Part shown: in pieces, positions 1 through 10,352 of the stretch | Numbering within the stretch: the first letter of the stretch is position 1 | Layout of the letters: the number at the start of each line of letters is the position of its first letter | Source of the DNA: Bradymonadia bacterium | GTDB lineage: Bacteria; Myxococcota_A; Bradymonadia; UBA7976; UBA1532 | NCBI GenBank assembly: GCA_046290225.1 | Contig: JBKAGE010000079.1 | Span: 160,001-224,000 of the forward strand | Direction: 5' to 3' | DNA: 64,000 nucleotides | Notes under the pieces: model-generated | Database searches by the model: none | What the model saw: only the letters and a program-made list of their open reading frames with translations | What the model was told of the DNA's origin: nothing | Program-made: the position numbers and the translations under genes

Positions 1-286
1 CGTCCACGAGATTCGCATCGGGCTGGGCTGCGTCAGGCTGGGCCGCATCGGGCTGGCTGGCGTCAAAGAAGCCTTCATCGGGGAGGCCTTCATCAGGGAG
101 CCCTTCGTCCGGCACTGTGGAGTCTGCAATTGCGCCCGCTGCGCCATCGCTCATCGCAGCATCAGGGCGAGGCTCGGGGGCGGTCTGATCCGCAGCGCCC
201 TCGTCATCGCATCCCCACATCATGCCTGCGCTCAGCGTGACACACGCCATCGCCGGCAAACGGGCCTGCCACCACCTGACGATCAT
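1..286 (-). CDS. Lipoprotein with acidic low-complexity linker (N-terminal part only; runs off window edge)
   Basis: Manual translation MIVRWWQARLPAMACVTLSAGMMWGC-DDEG..., lipobox-like WGC, repeats PDEGL and QPDAA; GAAGGAG RBS upstream of ATG at 286. Confidence 0.7.
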   Translation of the reverse strand, partial: MIVRWWQARLPAMACVTLSAGMMWGCDDEGAADQTAPEPRPDAAMSDGAAGAIADSTVPDEGLPDEGLPDEGFFDASQPDAAQPDAAQPDANLVD

Positions 287-441
287 GCGTACTCCTTCTT
301 GAGTCTGCCCTGTCTCGGTCTGCTGCCTTGCGGGGCCTTCCGGCCCTCGAACGTCAATGAGGTGATCCCACCAGACCACCTTCTGATTCAAGCATGCTTC
401 TTCGATAGACGCTCACTGGCCCTCGGCGCTATCGTGCGCCC

Positions 442-2202
442 ATGGGCAGCACACTACATCCACGCTGGCGCTCTGTGGCCCTCTGGGCCGGACTCTCCAT
501 CATGCTTGCAGGCTGCCTCGAAGGCTCCGACGTCGACGCTCCCCTGGCAGATGGGGGGGCCGTTGGAGGTTCAGGCGGTGATCGGGGAGACGCGATATCT
601 GAACCCGCCGACATGTCCGTGGGGACCGATGCAGAGCCAGCGCTTGATGGCTCGATGCCCGATGGTGACTTCCCCGACGCCTCTCTCTCGGATGCAGGCG
701 ATGCGGATGTTGGGGTCGAGCTCGACGCGGACACGCCCGACGCCGAGCCCCCTGACGAAGGCATGGATGACGGTCTTCCGGTGTATCCGGAGAGCCCCAC
801 CGAGGTGGCAGGTGGCCCTGCCTTCGAGCCTGAGGTGGAGGCGGTCTGGCCCGCGCCCATGGAGCAGGTGTTCACGCTCCCTGAGCAGCGACTGCTGGTG
901 CTGGACGCCGAGGGGCCGCTGGTGCTCAGCCCGACATTGGAGGCTGCCCCAGTCATCGACGGCGCCGCAGCTGCCGAGCGGCTCGGGGGTGAGGCAGATC
1001 TCGTCGACCGGATGTGGGCAGTGCTCCCGGTCTTTGGTGGGGTGCTCGTCTCCACCGACACCGGGCTCATGGCCTTGGATGGCGGTGCGCTTCAACGCTC
1101 TCCCCTGGATGCGCTGCTCCCGGGTGCGCCCGAGGCCATGACCGTCACCGAAGACGGGTCAGTCTGGATGCGCCACGACGACGTCGCGCGGCGCTGGTTC
1201 GAGGGCACTCTGGAGGCGTTGTGGCTCGAAGGTCGCCGGCTCGTGGCACGACAGATGGTGCGAGGGCCCGAGGGTGATGTCTGGGTCGCTGCGGTGGCTG
1301 ACGACGGCGCCCGCCTGCTGCGACTCTGGGTGGAAGAGCAGGGTCTCAGAGCCCTCGCTGGCCCCCCAGCCATCAATCCCGAGGCCCTCGCCGCTGACGG
1401 AGACGGCGGGCTCTGGGCGCTCTCAGGGGGAGACCTCTGGCAGAGACACCCCGACGGCAGATGGTCCTGGTGGCGACTCCCTGAGCCTGTCGAGGCTCTG
1501 TGGGGCACCGTCAGCGCGGGCGATCTGTGGGTCTCTACCGAGGACGGGCTCTGGCATCACCGGGCAGGGGTGTTCCGCCCTGTGAGCGGCGCGCCGCAGA
1601 TCAGCCCGGAGGGCAGCACCCTCGAGGCCGACGGTGCCGTCGTGTACAGCGATCCTCGTGGGCTGTGGCGGCTGCGGCCGGAGCGCCGCGTAATCATCGT
1701 AGGGTTTCCCGATGGGGGCACCCTCCAACAACCTCGACCCTTGAACATCCGCCCTGATCGACCCGATCAGGTCACCGACGTCACCTTCGAGATCACCGAG
1801 GGTGGACGCCCCGTGCTCGATGGCCCCGTCGAAGGCCCGCCCTGGGCCCTCACCCTCGATCCTGGATCTTTACCAGAGGGTGCCTTGGTGCTGGGTGTGC
1901 AGGTCGACTATGATGACGGCCAGCGGTTGAACGCTTCTCTGGAGTTCGATGTGCTCGACGTCGGCCCCCCGACCTGGGTCGATGACGTGGCGCCCATCTT
2001 CTTCGCCCGTTGTGCAGGGGCATGTCATGGGGACAGCGGTAACGCGCGCCCCCTCCACACCCCCGCCCTCTGGCAACAAGATGCCGTCGCCATCCTCGAC
2101 GCGATCCGGACTGGCCGGATGCCACTGCCACCCAACCCGCCGGTGCCTCCGGCCGAGATCACGCTGATCGAGGCCTGGATGGAGAGCGGCTTCATGGAGT
2201 GA
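442..2202 (+). CDS. Lipoprotein with propeller-like repeats and C-terminal cytochrome c-like domain
   Basis: Lipobox LAGC, Asp-rich linker, G-x-LW repeats, C-terminal PTWVDDVAPIF..CAGACH..GRMP. Confidence 0.7.
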   Translation: MGSTLHPRWRSVALWAGLSIMLAGCLEGSDVDAPLADGGAVGGSGGDRGDAISEPADMSVGTDAEPALDGSMPDGDFPDASLSDAGDADVGVELDADTPDAEPPDEGMDDGLPVYPESPTEVAGGPAFEPEVEAVWPAPMEQVFTLPEQRLLVLDAEGPLVLSPTLEAAPVIDGAAAAERLGGEADLVDRMWAVLPVFGGVLVSTDTGLMALDGGALQRSPLDALLPGAPEAMTVTEDGSVWMRHDDVARRWFEGTLEALWLEGRRLVARQMVRGPEGDVWVAAVADDGARLLRLWVEEQGLRALAGPPAINPEALAADGDGGLWALSGGDLWQRHPDGRWSWWRLPEPVEALWGTVSAGDLWVSTEDGLWHHRAGVFRPVSGAPQISPEGSTLEADGAVVYSDPRGLWRLRPERRVIIVGFPDGGTLQQPRPLNIRPDRPDQVTDVTFEITEGGRPVLDGPVEGPPWALTLDPGSLPEGALVLGVQVDYDDGQRLNASLEFDVLDVGPPTWVDDVAPIFFARCAGACHGDSGNARPLHTPALWQQDAVAILDAIRTGRMPLPPNPPVPPAEITLIEAWMESGFME

Positions 2203-3836
2203 TGCCCATGATCTCTCGACGCGTGTCCGCCGCGCTGGGCGTACTGGCCTTCATCGGCTGTCTGGTTGCCCCTGCAGGGGCCCAGCTGGCCAACGAAGGC
2301 GAGCGCTGCGCCCCCGACGAGCCGGAGATGTCGCCCCACCGGTATCTGCGCAGCGTCAGCCTCGACGTTCGAGGGGTGGTGCCCACCTTGGAAGAGTACG
2401 CTGCACTCGACGCAGCCCTCGCCGAGATGCCCGAGGGTGAAGACCAGAAGGTCGAGGGGGTGTTGCCCTGGTTCGAGGCTCAAATCGACACCTGGATGGA
2501 CACCCCCGAGTTTACCGAGCGGGTGGTGCGGCGGCATCAGGCGCTGCTCTGGAACAACCTGTCCAACGTCAGGCTGTTCAACAACAACGTGAACATGCAG
2601 CGGGCCGGCGATCTCTACTACCGGGCCAACATCGGCCAGCGTCTCTACCGCGGCGCTCGGGTGGCCTGCCTCGACGAGCCCGCTGAGTTCGGCCCTGAAG
2701 GCGAGGTGCTCTTTCAGACCGACGAGAACGGCGTGCGCCGAGAAGGCTGGGTCTGGGTGAACCCCTATTGGGCCCCAGAGAGCCGCATCAAGGTCTGCGC
2801 CTTCGACGCACAGGCTGCAGAGACCTCTCCCACAGGCACCGACTGTGGCAGCTCGGCGGCCTACCGCGACACGGCCTGTGGTTGTGGCCCCGATCTCCAG
2901 TGGTGCCAGTACCGAGGTCAGACCAACAACGCCATCGTCGCTGGTATGGCAGAGGCCATGAAGCGGCGTATGGCCCTCGTGGCAGAGGCCAGCACCCCCT
3001 ACATCGACCTGTTCCGCACGCGCCGGACCTGGATCAACGGCCCGCTGGCCTTCTTCTATCGACATCAGCGGAAGATCACCGGGGGCCTGGCTTTTGATCC
3101 AGGGCCGCTCCCCGACTACTTGATCCCCGAGTTGGAGTTCACCGAGGCTGACACCTGGGTGGAGGTGGAGCTCCCCGCCTCTCATGCTGGCGTGCTCACC
3201 GATCCTGCCTTTTTGTTGCGGTTCCAGACCAACCGCGCCCGGGCGAACCGCTTCTACGATGCCTTCTTGTGCCAGCCCTTCACTCCGCCAGATGCGCCGC
3301 TCCCCGTGGCCGACGAAGCCGCTGCCCTGGAGCCTGATCTTCAACGGCGGGCGGGCTGCAAGTACTGCCACGCCTTGCTGGAGCCCTCCGCGGCGTACTG
3401 GGGTCGGTGGAACGAGCAGGGAGCGGGCTTCCTCGATCCTCAGGGATACCCGCAGGTCCGTGACGACTGCCTCACCTGTGCCCAGGAGGGCGGAGGGTGC
3501 TCTGCAGATTGCCGTCGGTACTACGTGACGCAGGCGCTCTCCGATGCCGAGGCGCCCTACCTGGGCACTCTGAGGGCCTATCTGTTCCGCCGTGATCCGC
3601 ACATGCGCAACGTGGAGATGGGCCCCGAGCTGCTCGCGCTCACCGCTGTGGCCGATGGCCGGATCCCCCAGTGCGCCGCCACCCGCACTGCGGAGTGGCT
3701 GCTGGGGCGCGACCTCGATGTGAAGGAGTCCACCTGGGCCGCCGAGCTCAGCGCGGACTTCGTCTACAGCGACTACAGCTATCGACAGCTCATCAAAGCG
3801 GTGCTCACCAGCTCCGTATACCGGAGGGTCCGCTGA
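2199..3836 (+). CDS. Secreted c-type cytochrome, DUF1585/DUF1588-like
   Basis: Signal peptide, YLRSVSLDVRG, HAGVLT..FL.RF.TNR.RA, CKYCH heme motif; GTGA overlap with upstream gene. Confidence 0.7.
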   Translation: MMPMISRRVSAALGVLAFIGCLVAPAGAQLANEGERCAPDEPEMSPHRYLRSVSLDVRGVVPTLEEYAALDAALAEMPEGEDQKVEGVLPWFEAQIDTWMDTPEFTERVVRRHQALLWNNLSNVRLFNNNVNMQRAGDLYYRANIGQRLYRGARVACLDEPAEFGPEGEVLFQTDENGVRREGWVWVNPYWAPESRIKVCAFDAQAAETSPTGTDCGSSAAYRDTACGCGPDLQWCQYRGQTNNAIVAGMAEAMKRRMALVAEASTPYIDLFRTRRTWINGPLAFFYRHQRKITGGLAFDPGPLPDYLIPELEFTEADTWVEVELPASHAGVLTDPAFLLRFQTNRARANRFYDAFLCQPFTPPDAPLPVADEAAALEPDLQRRAGCKYCHALLEPSAAYWGRWNEQGAGFLDPQGYPQVRDDCLTCAQEGGGCSADCRRYYVTQALSDAEAPYLGTLRAYLFRRDPHMRNVEMGPELLALTAVADGRIPQCAATRTAEWLLGRDLDVKESTWAAELSADFVYSDYSYRQLIKAVLTSSVYRRVR

Positions 3837-4636
3837 TGGCGCGCATCTACAAGACGTCGATCTCCGCACTGGCGTTCGCAGGGATCTTGGGCTTGCCCGG
3901 GTGTGCCCCCAGCGGGGGAGAGCACCTTGAGCCAGCGAGCCCCGCACCTGCTCAGCCTGATCCAGGTGATGAAGCGCAGAGCCCGGGCGCCGAGGGTCCC
4001 AGCGCCCGTGGGGCAGGGCCTGGCCGCCGAGGCATCACCCCACCTGCGCCCCCTGAAGCAGAGCGGCATCAGGGCTTCGACATCGAGAGCCGGGCCGAAG
4101 GTCAGGCTGATTTGTTGCCACCGCCTGTAGAGGCCACCCGGACCATGCGACGGATGGACCTCGACCAGCTCTCTGCCTCGATCCGCCGCGTCACTGGCGG
4201 TGTGGGCTGGACCGAGCGGCGCAACAACGTCGACGTCGATCTCTTCGAGAGCCTCTCGGGCACCCTCGGCAAGGCCGACTATGTGGAGATCACCGCCGAG
4301 AGCCTCGAGCCCAGCGCGTTGTTTCAGAAGTTCCTCGCCGACGCCGCCCGGCAGGTGTGTGCTGAAGTGACCACCCTCGACGCCGACCGGCCCCGAGGCG
4401 AGCGTGTGCTCACGCCGGCCATCAGCCTCGAGGGCGACGCCGAGCCCGAGGTGGATGCCAATCTGAGGGCGCTGCTGGTGCGGTTCCACGGCCAGCACGT
4501 GCCCCCTGGGGATCCAGTCCTCGAAGAGTGGAAGTGGCTCTTCCAGTCGGTGATGCATCTCACCGACGAGCCCACCGTCGCCTGGAACGCCATCTGCGTG
4601 GGCCTCATCACCCACCCTGACTTCTACACGTACTGA
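3836..4636 (+). CDS. Hypothetical lipoprotein of the DUF1501 cluster
   Basis: ATG overlaps upstream TGA (TGATG); lipobox LPGC; C-terminal AW..ICVGLITHPDFYTY. Confidence 0.7.
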   Translation: MARIYKTSISALAFAGILGLPGCAPSGGEHLEPASPAPAQPDPGDEAQSPGAEGPSARGAGPGRRGITPPAPPEAERHQGFDIESRAEGQADLLPPPVEATRTMRRMDLDQLSASIRRVTGGVGWTERRNNVDVDLFESLSGTLGKADYVEITAESLEPSALFQKFLADAARQVCAEVTTLDADRPRGERVLTPAISLEGDAEPEVDANLRALLVRFHGQHVPPGDPVLEEWKWLFQSVMHLTDEPTVAWNAICVGLITHPDFYTY

Positions 4637-4647
4637 GGAGCCACACG

Positions 4648-6024
4648 ATGCGTCGCACCCATCGACCTGGTCTGACCCGTCGGGGCCTCCTCCAGGGCCT
4701 CGCTGCCACCGGCGGTCTCGCAGCCTTCGGCGGCGCGGGCATCATGCCCCGCCTCGCCCACGCCCAGGCACACCCCGATGCCCAGGATCGTCATTACATC
4801 TTCTGCTACTTCGGCGGAGGCTGGGACATCCTGCTCGGCCTCGATCCCCGTGATCCGGCGGTCTTCACCAACGAGAACCTGCGCACCACGCGCATTCAGC
4901 CTGGCTACGAGCTGCTTCAGAGCAGCGAGGGGTTCCTCGTCGAGGCGCCCAACGGCATGATCTTCGGCCCGCACATCGGCGATCTCGTGCGCCACGCCGA
5001 CAAGATGTCGGTGATCCGGGGCATGAGCATGGAGACGCTCACCCACGAGGTGGGCCGTCGACGGTTCATCACCGGTAAGGCACCCAGCGGCCTTCAAGCT
5101 CGTGGCTCCTCTGCGGTGACCTGGCTTGCTGATCGACTCGGCAGCGATCAACCTGTGCCCAACCTCTCCATGCGCGTCGAGGGCTACAACAAAGGCCTCG
5201 CCGACTACGCCAGCCCGCTGCGGGTAAACAGCACCGCTGATTTGCTGCGATCGCTCACCCCCGGCGCCGGTGCCGAGCTGAGCCCCGCCGTCGATCGGCA
5301 GGTCGACGCCCTGCTGGCGAACATGGCCCAGTGCCCTGGACCTCGACGGGCCCCGGTGTGGCGTGCCGCAGAAGGGGGCCGCTTGAAGGCCCGAGAGATG
5401 GTGGGGCAGGGCCTCGACACCCTCTTCGACTTCGAGAGTGCGCAGAACCCCGACGTGGCCGCGCTCCGTGATCGGTACGGCATCATCGGCAATGGCGGCA
5501 ACGATCCCGCGCGGATGGCCGCCTTCGCCGCTCAGGCCATCATGGGTGGCGTGAGCCGGTGCGTGAGCGTGCAAATCACCAGCGGCCTCGACACTCACTT
5601 CGAGAACTGGGAGACCGATCAGGGCACCCGTCAGCAAGCGGGTTTCGACGCCATCGCCCGCCTCGTGGATCACCTCTACGAGACCGAGTATGGCAACACT
5701 GGCACGCGCTGGCTCGATCACACCATCATCGTGGGCTTCAGTGAGTTCAGTCGCACTGCGATGATCAATGATCGCGGCGGCCGGGATCACTCGCTCACCA
5801 ACGCCTGCTTCTTGATGGGGGGCCCGATCCAGAGCGGGATCATCGGCCGGTCGAGCGACATTGGCTTGGAGCCCACCGCCACCAACTTGCAGACGGGTCT
5901 CTCCGACGCTGGGGGCGAGGTCATTCGCCCCGAGCACGTGCTGCAGACCCTGTTCGAAGATGTGGGCATCGGCGCCGCCCCCGATCTGCGAGTGAGTCCG
6001 ATTCAGGCCATGCTCCGTCGCTGA
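4648..6024 (+). CDS. DUF1501 family Tat-exported protein
   Basis: Twin-arginine TRRGLL, FGGGWD, GLDTH, FSEFSRT, GRDH motifs; GAGGAG RBS. Confidence 0.85.
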   Translation: MRRTHRPGLTRRGLLQGLAATGGLAAFGGAGIMPRLAHAQAHPDAQDRHYIFCYFGGGWDILLGLDPRDPAVFTNENLRTTRIQPGYELLQSSEGFLVEAPNGMIFGPHIGDLVRHADKMSVIRGMSMETLTHEVGRRRFITGKAPSGLQARGSSAVTWLADRLGSDQPVPNLSMRVEGYNKGLADYASPLRVNSTADLLRSLTPGAGAELSPAVDRQVDALLANMAQCPGPRRAPVWRAAEGGRLKAREMVGQGLDTLFDFESAQNPDVAALRDRYGIIGNGGNDPARMAAFAAQAIMGGVSRCVSVQITSGLDTHFENWETDQGTRQQAGFDAIARLVDHLYETEYGNTGTRWLDHTIIVGFSEFSRTAMINDRGGRDHSLTNACFLMGGPIQSGIIGRSSDIGLEPTATNLQTGLSDAGGEVIRPEHVLQTLFEDVGIGAAPDLRVSPIQAMLRR

Positions 6025-6031
6025 TTCTGCC

Positions 6032-6099
6032 CAGTGACGTCGATGCAGTGACGTCGATGCAGTGACTTCGATGCTGTGACTTCGATGCTGTGACTTCGA
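6032..6099. repeat. Intergenic tandem repeat, 14-bp unit C(A/T)GTGAC(G/T)TCGATG, about 5 copies
   Basis: Units start at 6032, 6046, 6060, 6074 and 6088 (last one partial). Confidence 0.95.
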
Positions 6100-6125
6100 A
6101 CTCAAAGTTGGGCGTGAAGAGGCGC

Positions 6126-7784
6126 TCAGTCCCAGAGGTCGGGCGTGCCCCACATCATGTCGGGAGAGAGCCGATCGGCCTCGAAAGAGACAGGTACCAA
6201 ATCCGAAACACACGCGGTGTCGAGCTCAGCCTTGGGATCAGCGAGGAACTGATCCATCAGCTGCTGGGCGCAGTGCGTGCCGCGATGCACAGGGGAGTCG
6301 TACAGCGTCTGGTGCCCTGACCAGGGCAGCGTCACGAGGTGCTGTCTCGGGCCGAGGTGCATGTCGATGACGTCGACCGCCTTGGGGGGTACCTGTGGAT
6401 CGAGGCCACCCTGCAGCGCCAGCATGGGCACACCGGATGCGGGCCACCGGACATCGGGCTGAGGGTAGCGGGGCCACTGATCGGCGAGGGCGCTCGCGGT
6501 GAGGGTGACGTCCTGGGAGAACACCGAGTCCCTCACACGCTCTGAGAGCGTCTCAGCATCGACCCCCTCTGGCCAGAGCTCGGAGAGCCCCACATGGTAG
6601 AAGAGCACTGGCGATCGACGACGGATCGTCGACGTCGGTGAGGCGTCGCTCTGAGACAAGAGCCCGTAGAGATGGGTGATGGCCGAGACATCCCCGGCGG
6701 TGCAGCGGCCCAGACGGTAGATCAGGGCCGGCACATAGGGCCAGGCATCACGGCTCGACAGCAGAGAAGCCAGCATGCGCCTGACGACACCTCGATCGAT
6801 GCCTTTCTCCACGAGAGGCATACAGCGCCCGTCTTCATGGGCCTGCAGGGTGCGTCGAGCGAGGGCCATGGGATCAGCCCCCATGTAGGATCGACACTTC
6901 TGATCTTCGGCGCAGAGGTCGAGCAGGCGATGCCCCGCTTCGTCGAACCACGCGTCGTAGGCAGAGAGATCACAGGCCCCGGGCGGGCACACTGAGTCGA
7001 GGATCACCCCATCGCTGCCCTGGGGATAGAGCTGAAGATATCGCAATGCGAGCCAAGTGCCATACGAGCTGCCGTAGATGTAGACATCCTGGCCAGGCCT
7101 GCGGGTACGCTCGATGGCCAGGGCCAGGTCGTGAGCTGCGTCGCTGGTAGAGAAGGCCGCGAGCTGGTCCCAGCGTCGGCTCTTGAGGCCGCTGATACAT
7201 GATGACCACTCGGAGAGGGTGATCATCACCCCGCCCTCACTGTCCCGGTGTTCGGCCTCAGGACAGCTGAGTCGATCAGACTGGCCCGTGCCGCGGTGGT
7301 CGACGGTGTAGATGTCGAGGTGTGGATACGTCTCGTGCATGTGGCCCATGAGCGGTTCGAGGGCTTCTGCAGAAAGCCCCGGACCTCCAGCGAGCAGCCA
7401 GAGCTGCCCCGAGCCTTCCATGCTGTTCGACGCCCGTGCCCGTTTGATGAACAGTTCAATGCGCTCGCCGCCTTGATCGGCGCGGTAGAGAGGCGCAAGG
7501 AACCTGCCGCACTCGGCCATGGGCAGGAACTGCCCGGTGTAGAGGGTGCAGGGCGCCCACTGAATGCGCAGGCCGCTCACGGGGGCCTGTCCGCCGGGGG
7601 CGTCTGCAGGGAGATCCGGGGGCAGGCCGGAGTCTGGCTCTTCATACAGAATGTGACGGTTGTCGGTCTCGGGCTCGCCCTCGAAGTCCGGTGTGGAGCC
7701 AGGCCCCGAGTCACATCCCCAGAGCGCCGAGGCGAGCACGCTGACGAGCATACAGGTCAGACTCGAGTACAACCTGTGTCGCAT
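6126..7784 (-). CDS. Alpha/beta hydrolase lipoprotein (TAP-like peptidase family)
   Basis: Lipobox LWGC, GGPG, DHRGTG, nucleophile GSSYG, LDPQ, GH. Confidence 0.85.
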   Translation of the reverse strand: MRHRLYSSLTCMLVSVLASALWGCDSGPGSTPDFEGEPETDNRHILYEEPDSGLPPDLPADAPGGQAPVSGLRIQWAPCTLYTGQFLPMAECGRFLAPLYRADQGGERIELFIKRARASNSMEGSGQLWLLAGGPGLSAEALEPLMGHMHETYPHLDIYTVDHRGTGQSDRLSCPEAEHRDSEGGVMITLSEWSSCISGLKSRRWDQLAAFSTSDAAHDLALAIERTRRPGQDVYIYGSSYGTWLALRYLQLYPQGSDGVILDSVCPPGACDLSAYDAWFDEAGHRLLDLCAEDQKCRSYMGADPMALARRTLQAHEDGRCMPLVEKGIDRGVVRRMLASLLSSRDAWPYVPALIYRLGRCTAGDVSAITHLYGLLSQSDASPTSTIRRRSPVLFYHVGLSELWPEGVDAETLSERVRDSVFSQDVTLTASALADQWPRYPQPDVRWPASGVPMLALQGGLDPQVPPKAVDVIDMHLGPRQHLVTLPWSGHQTLYDSPVHRGTHCAQQLMDQFLADPKAELDTACVSDLVPVSFEADRLSPDMMWGTPDLWD

Positions 7785-8013
7785 TCAGCGCTCCTTTACA
7801 CCGCATAACCAAGTGAACGAACTCAACTCCGAAGCCCTGAGGTGAATCAGGGCATGGGCGTGATCCCGTAAGTATGTGAACGGTTCGTCCGTCGTTCATG
7901 ACCAGCGGGGTGTCACTGCACACCCCGTTCCAGCGCCATCGAACTTGACACTTACGTGCATCACGATCACAGTGCGCAGTTTTTGTTGAGTACTCAAGAG
8001 ATCTGGGAGAGCA

Positions 8014-8805
8014 ATGGCCATCTATGCCGTCGGCGACGTGCAGGGCTGCTTCGACGCCTTGATGCGGCTGGTCAGTGCCATCGGGTTCGATCCCGCCGCC
8101 GATCAGCTCTGGCTCGCAGGTGATCTCGTCAACCGGGGCCCCGACTCGCTCTCTACGCTCCGGTGGGCTCGAGATCAGGGCGACGCCGTCGTGGCGGTCC
8201 TCGGCAACCACGATCTGCATCTGCTCGCCGCCGCGGCGGGTCTACGAGGACCAGGGGGGCTGGCTCCCATCCTCGACGCCCCTGATCGAGACCAGCTGCT
8301 CGAGTGGGTGCTGCACCGGCCGGTGATGCACCGAGCGGGGCGTTGGATCATGGTGCACGCCGGCCTGTTGCCTCAATGGAGCTGGGCTGAAGCCGAGCGC
8401 CGCGCACGGCGGGCTGAGGTGTGGTTGAGATCGGTGGGCTTCGCCGGTGGCGCTCTGGAGGACACCACTGAGAGCACGCTCGAGGATGACGTCTCCCCCG
8501 ATACGCCGGCCCATGATCTTCGGGTGATGACCCACATCCGGACGTGCACACCCGAGGGCAGGCTCGGCAGCCACAAGGGGCCACCAGAGCAGACACCTGC
8601 CGGGTATGCCCCATGGTACGCCCATCCCACTACGCGTGATGACACCTTGGGCGTGGTCTTCGGTCATTGGGCCGCCCACGGCCTCTGGGTGAGCGGTGGC
8701 CACGTCACCCTGGACACTGGCTGCGTCTGGGGTGGCTCGCTCACTGCCGTGCGCCTGGAGGATCTCGCTGTGACGCAGGTGAAGTGTGACCACGGAGGCT
8801 TCTGA
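8014..8805 (+). CDS. apaH: Symmetrical bis(5'-nucleosyl)-tetraphosphatase
   Basis: GDVQGC, GDLVNRGPDSL, GNHDLHL, VHAG, FGHWAA, LDTGCVWGG. Confidence 0.95.
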   Translation: MAIYAVGDVQGCFDALMRLVSAIGFDPAADQLWLAGDLVNRGPDSLSTLRWARDQGDAVVAVLGNHDLHLLAAAAGLRGPGGLAPILDAPDRDQLLEWVLHRPVMHRAGRWIMVHAGLLPQWSWAEAERRARRAEVWLRSVGFAGGALEDTTESTLEDDVSPDTPAHDLRVMTHIRTCTPEGRLGSHKGPPEQTPAGYAPWYAHPTTRDDTLGVVFGHWAAHGLWVSGGHVTLDTGCVWGGSLTAVRLEDLAVTQVKCDHGGF

Positions 8806-8866
8806 GAGGTGACGCCGAGGGCGTCTTGCGCCAATATGCCCCCGGGAAGACACCGGAGGAGGCGCT

Positions 8867-9784
8867 GTGAAGGTCCTGATCACCGGCATCACCAGCCCGC
8901 TCGCACGGCTGGTCACTCATCGTCTGGTGCAGCTGGGCCACGAGGTCGTGGGCATCGATCGACGGCCGTGGCCCGAGGCCCCAGCGGGGGTGCAGGTGTT
9001 CCAAGCCGACATCCGAAAGCGGTCCGCAGAAGACGTCTTCCGCTTGCAGCGGCCCGACGCGTTGATCCACATGGCCACGGTGACCTGGCTCACCGCGCGA
9101 TCAGAAGAACGCTATCGCATCAACCTGATGGGCACCCGGGCCCTCTTCGACTATTGCGCCAGCTACGGGGTCAAGCAGGCCATCTTCATCGGACGCCACA
9201 CCGTTTATGGTGCTGCCCCGGACGCGCCGCTCTATCGCACTGAAGCGGAGCCGCCCCTCGCCGCCACCACCTTCCCGAACCTCGCTGATCTCGTCGCTGC
9301 CGATCTCTTCGCGGGCTCCATCTTGTGGAGGTATCCGGAGACGACCGTGGCAGTGCTGCGCATCGTCTACATGCTCGGCGGGTCGAAGCGGGGCACCCTG
9401 GCAAACTATCTGCGCGGCCCGAGAGTGCCCACGGTCATGGGCTTCGATCCGTTGTTCCAGTTCATGCACGAAGCAGATGGCGCAGAGGCCATCGTCACCG
9501 CGCTGCAGACCAGGGCTCGGGGCGTGTTCAACGTCGCCGGCCCGCCGCCCGTGCCGCTCTCGCTCCTGTGCAAAGAGACAGGCCGGACCTCGGTGCCCAT
9601 CCCCGAGCCCGCCTTCCCCTATGTGCTCGGGCGCTTCGGCTTCCCCCGAATGCCCGCTGGCGCCGTACAACACGTGAAGTACCCGATCGTCATCGACGAT
9701 GCGCTGTTTCGAGAGACCACCGGCTTCACCCCCACCTACGACGAGGTGCAGGTGATGCAGGCCTTCAGGAGTCAGAGCCCGTGA
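8867..9784 (+). CDS. NAD-dependent epimerase/dehydratase (extended SDR)
   Basis: N-terminal KVLITG Rossmann start, INLMGT, VYGA, FNVAG. Confidence 0.8.
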   Translation: MKVLITGITSPLARLVTHRLVQLGHEVVGIDRRPWPEAPAGVQVFQADIRKRSAEDVFRLQRPDALIHMATVTWLTARSEERYRINLMGTRALFDYCASYGVKQAIFIGRHTVYGAAPDAPLYRTEAEPPLAATTFPNLADLVAADLFAGSILWRYPETTVAVLRIVYMLGGSKRGTLANYLRGPRVPTVMGFDPLFQFMHEADGAEAIVTALQTRARGVFNVAGPPPVPLSLLCKETGRTSVPIPEPAFPYVLGRFGFPRMPAGAVQHVKYPIVIDDALFRETTGFTPTYDEVQVMQAFRSQSP

Positions 9785-10350
9785 GCGAACAACTCGACCT
9801 TCAGCACAAGACCGCCGCCGAGCTCGAGGCGGGCCTGCCTCACATCGAGGCTTCACCCAAAGACGCAGGGGTGCTGAAGTTTCTGGTGCGCCGACCAGGG
9901 ACGAACCAGCGGGAGGTGATCACCGAGGCCGTGCTCGATGTCACCGAAGGCCTCGTGGGTGACAACTGGAAGGCCCGTGGCTCTCGCCGCACCGAGGATG
10001 GCAGCGCCCACCCCCGCATGCAGCTCAACATCATGAACGCCCGCGCGGTGGCGCTCATCGCCGGCGACACGTCCCGTTGGGCCCTCGCAGGTGACCAGCT
10101 CTACCTCGATTTGGATCTCAGCGATGAGAACCTGCCCCCGGGCACACGGCTCAGCCTCGGTGAGGCGGTGATCGAGATCACCGAGATTCCCCACAACGGT
10201 TGCAAGAAGTTCACTGAGCGATACGGTCTCGACGCCGTGAAGTTCGTCAATTCCAAGGTGGGCAAGGCCCTGCACCTGCGGGGAGTGAATGCTCGGGTGA
10301 TCGAGGGCGGTACCATCAAAGTGGGCGACGTGGCTCGAAAGATCAGCTGA
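9781..10350 (+). CDS. MOSC domain protein
   Basis: GTG start overlapping upstream stop; [31 protein letters not shown]. Confidence 0.85.
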   Translation: MSEQLDLQHKTAAELEAGLPHIEASPKDAGVLKFLVRRPGTNQREVITEAVLDVTEGLVGDNWKARGSRRTEDGSAHPRMQLNIMNARAVALIAGDTSRWALAGDQLYLDLDLSDENLPPGTRLSLGEAVIEITEIPHNGCKKFTERYGLDAVKFVNSKVGKALHLRGVNARVIEGGTIKVGDVARKIS

Positions 10351-10352
10351 GT

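Noticed and set aside
6032..6099. CRISPR array
   Set aside because: Units are 14 bp, contiguous, without spacers, and no cas genes are in the window.
7945..7997. TTGACA and perfect palindrome TTGAGTACTCAA upstream of apaH
   Set aside because: The -10 at 17 bp (CACAGT) is weak, and a single 12-bp palindrome cannot be assigned to a regulator.
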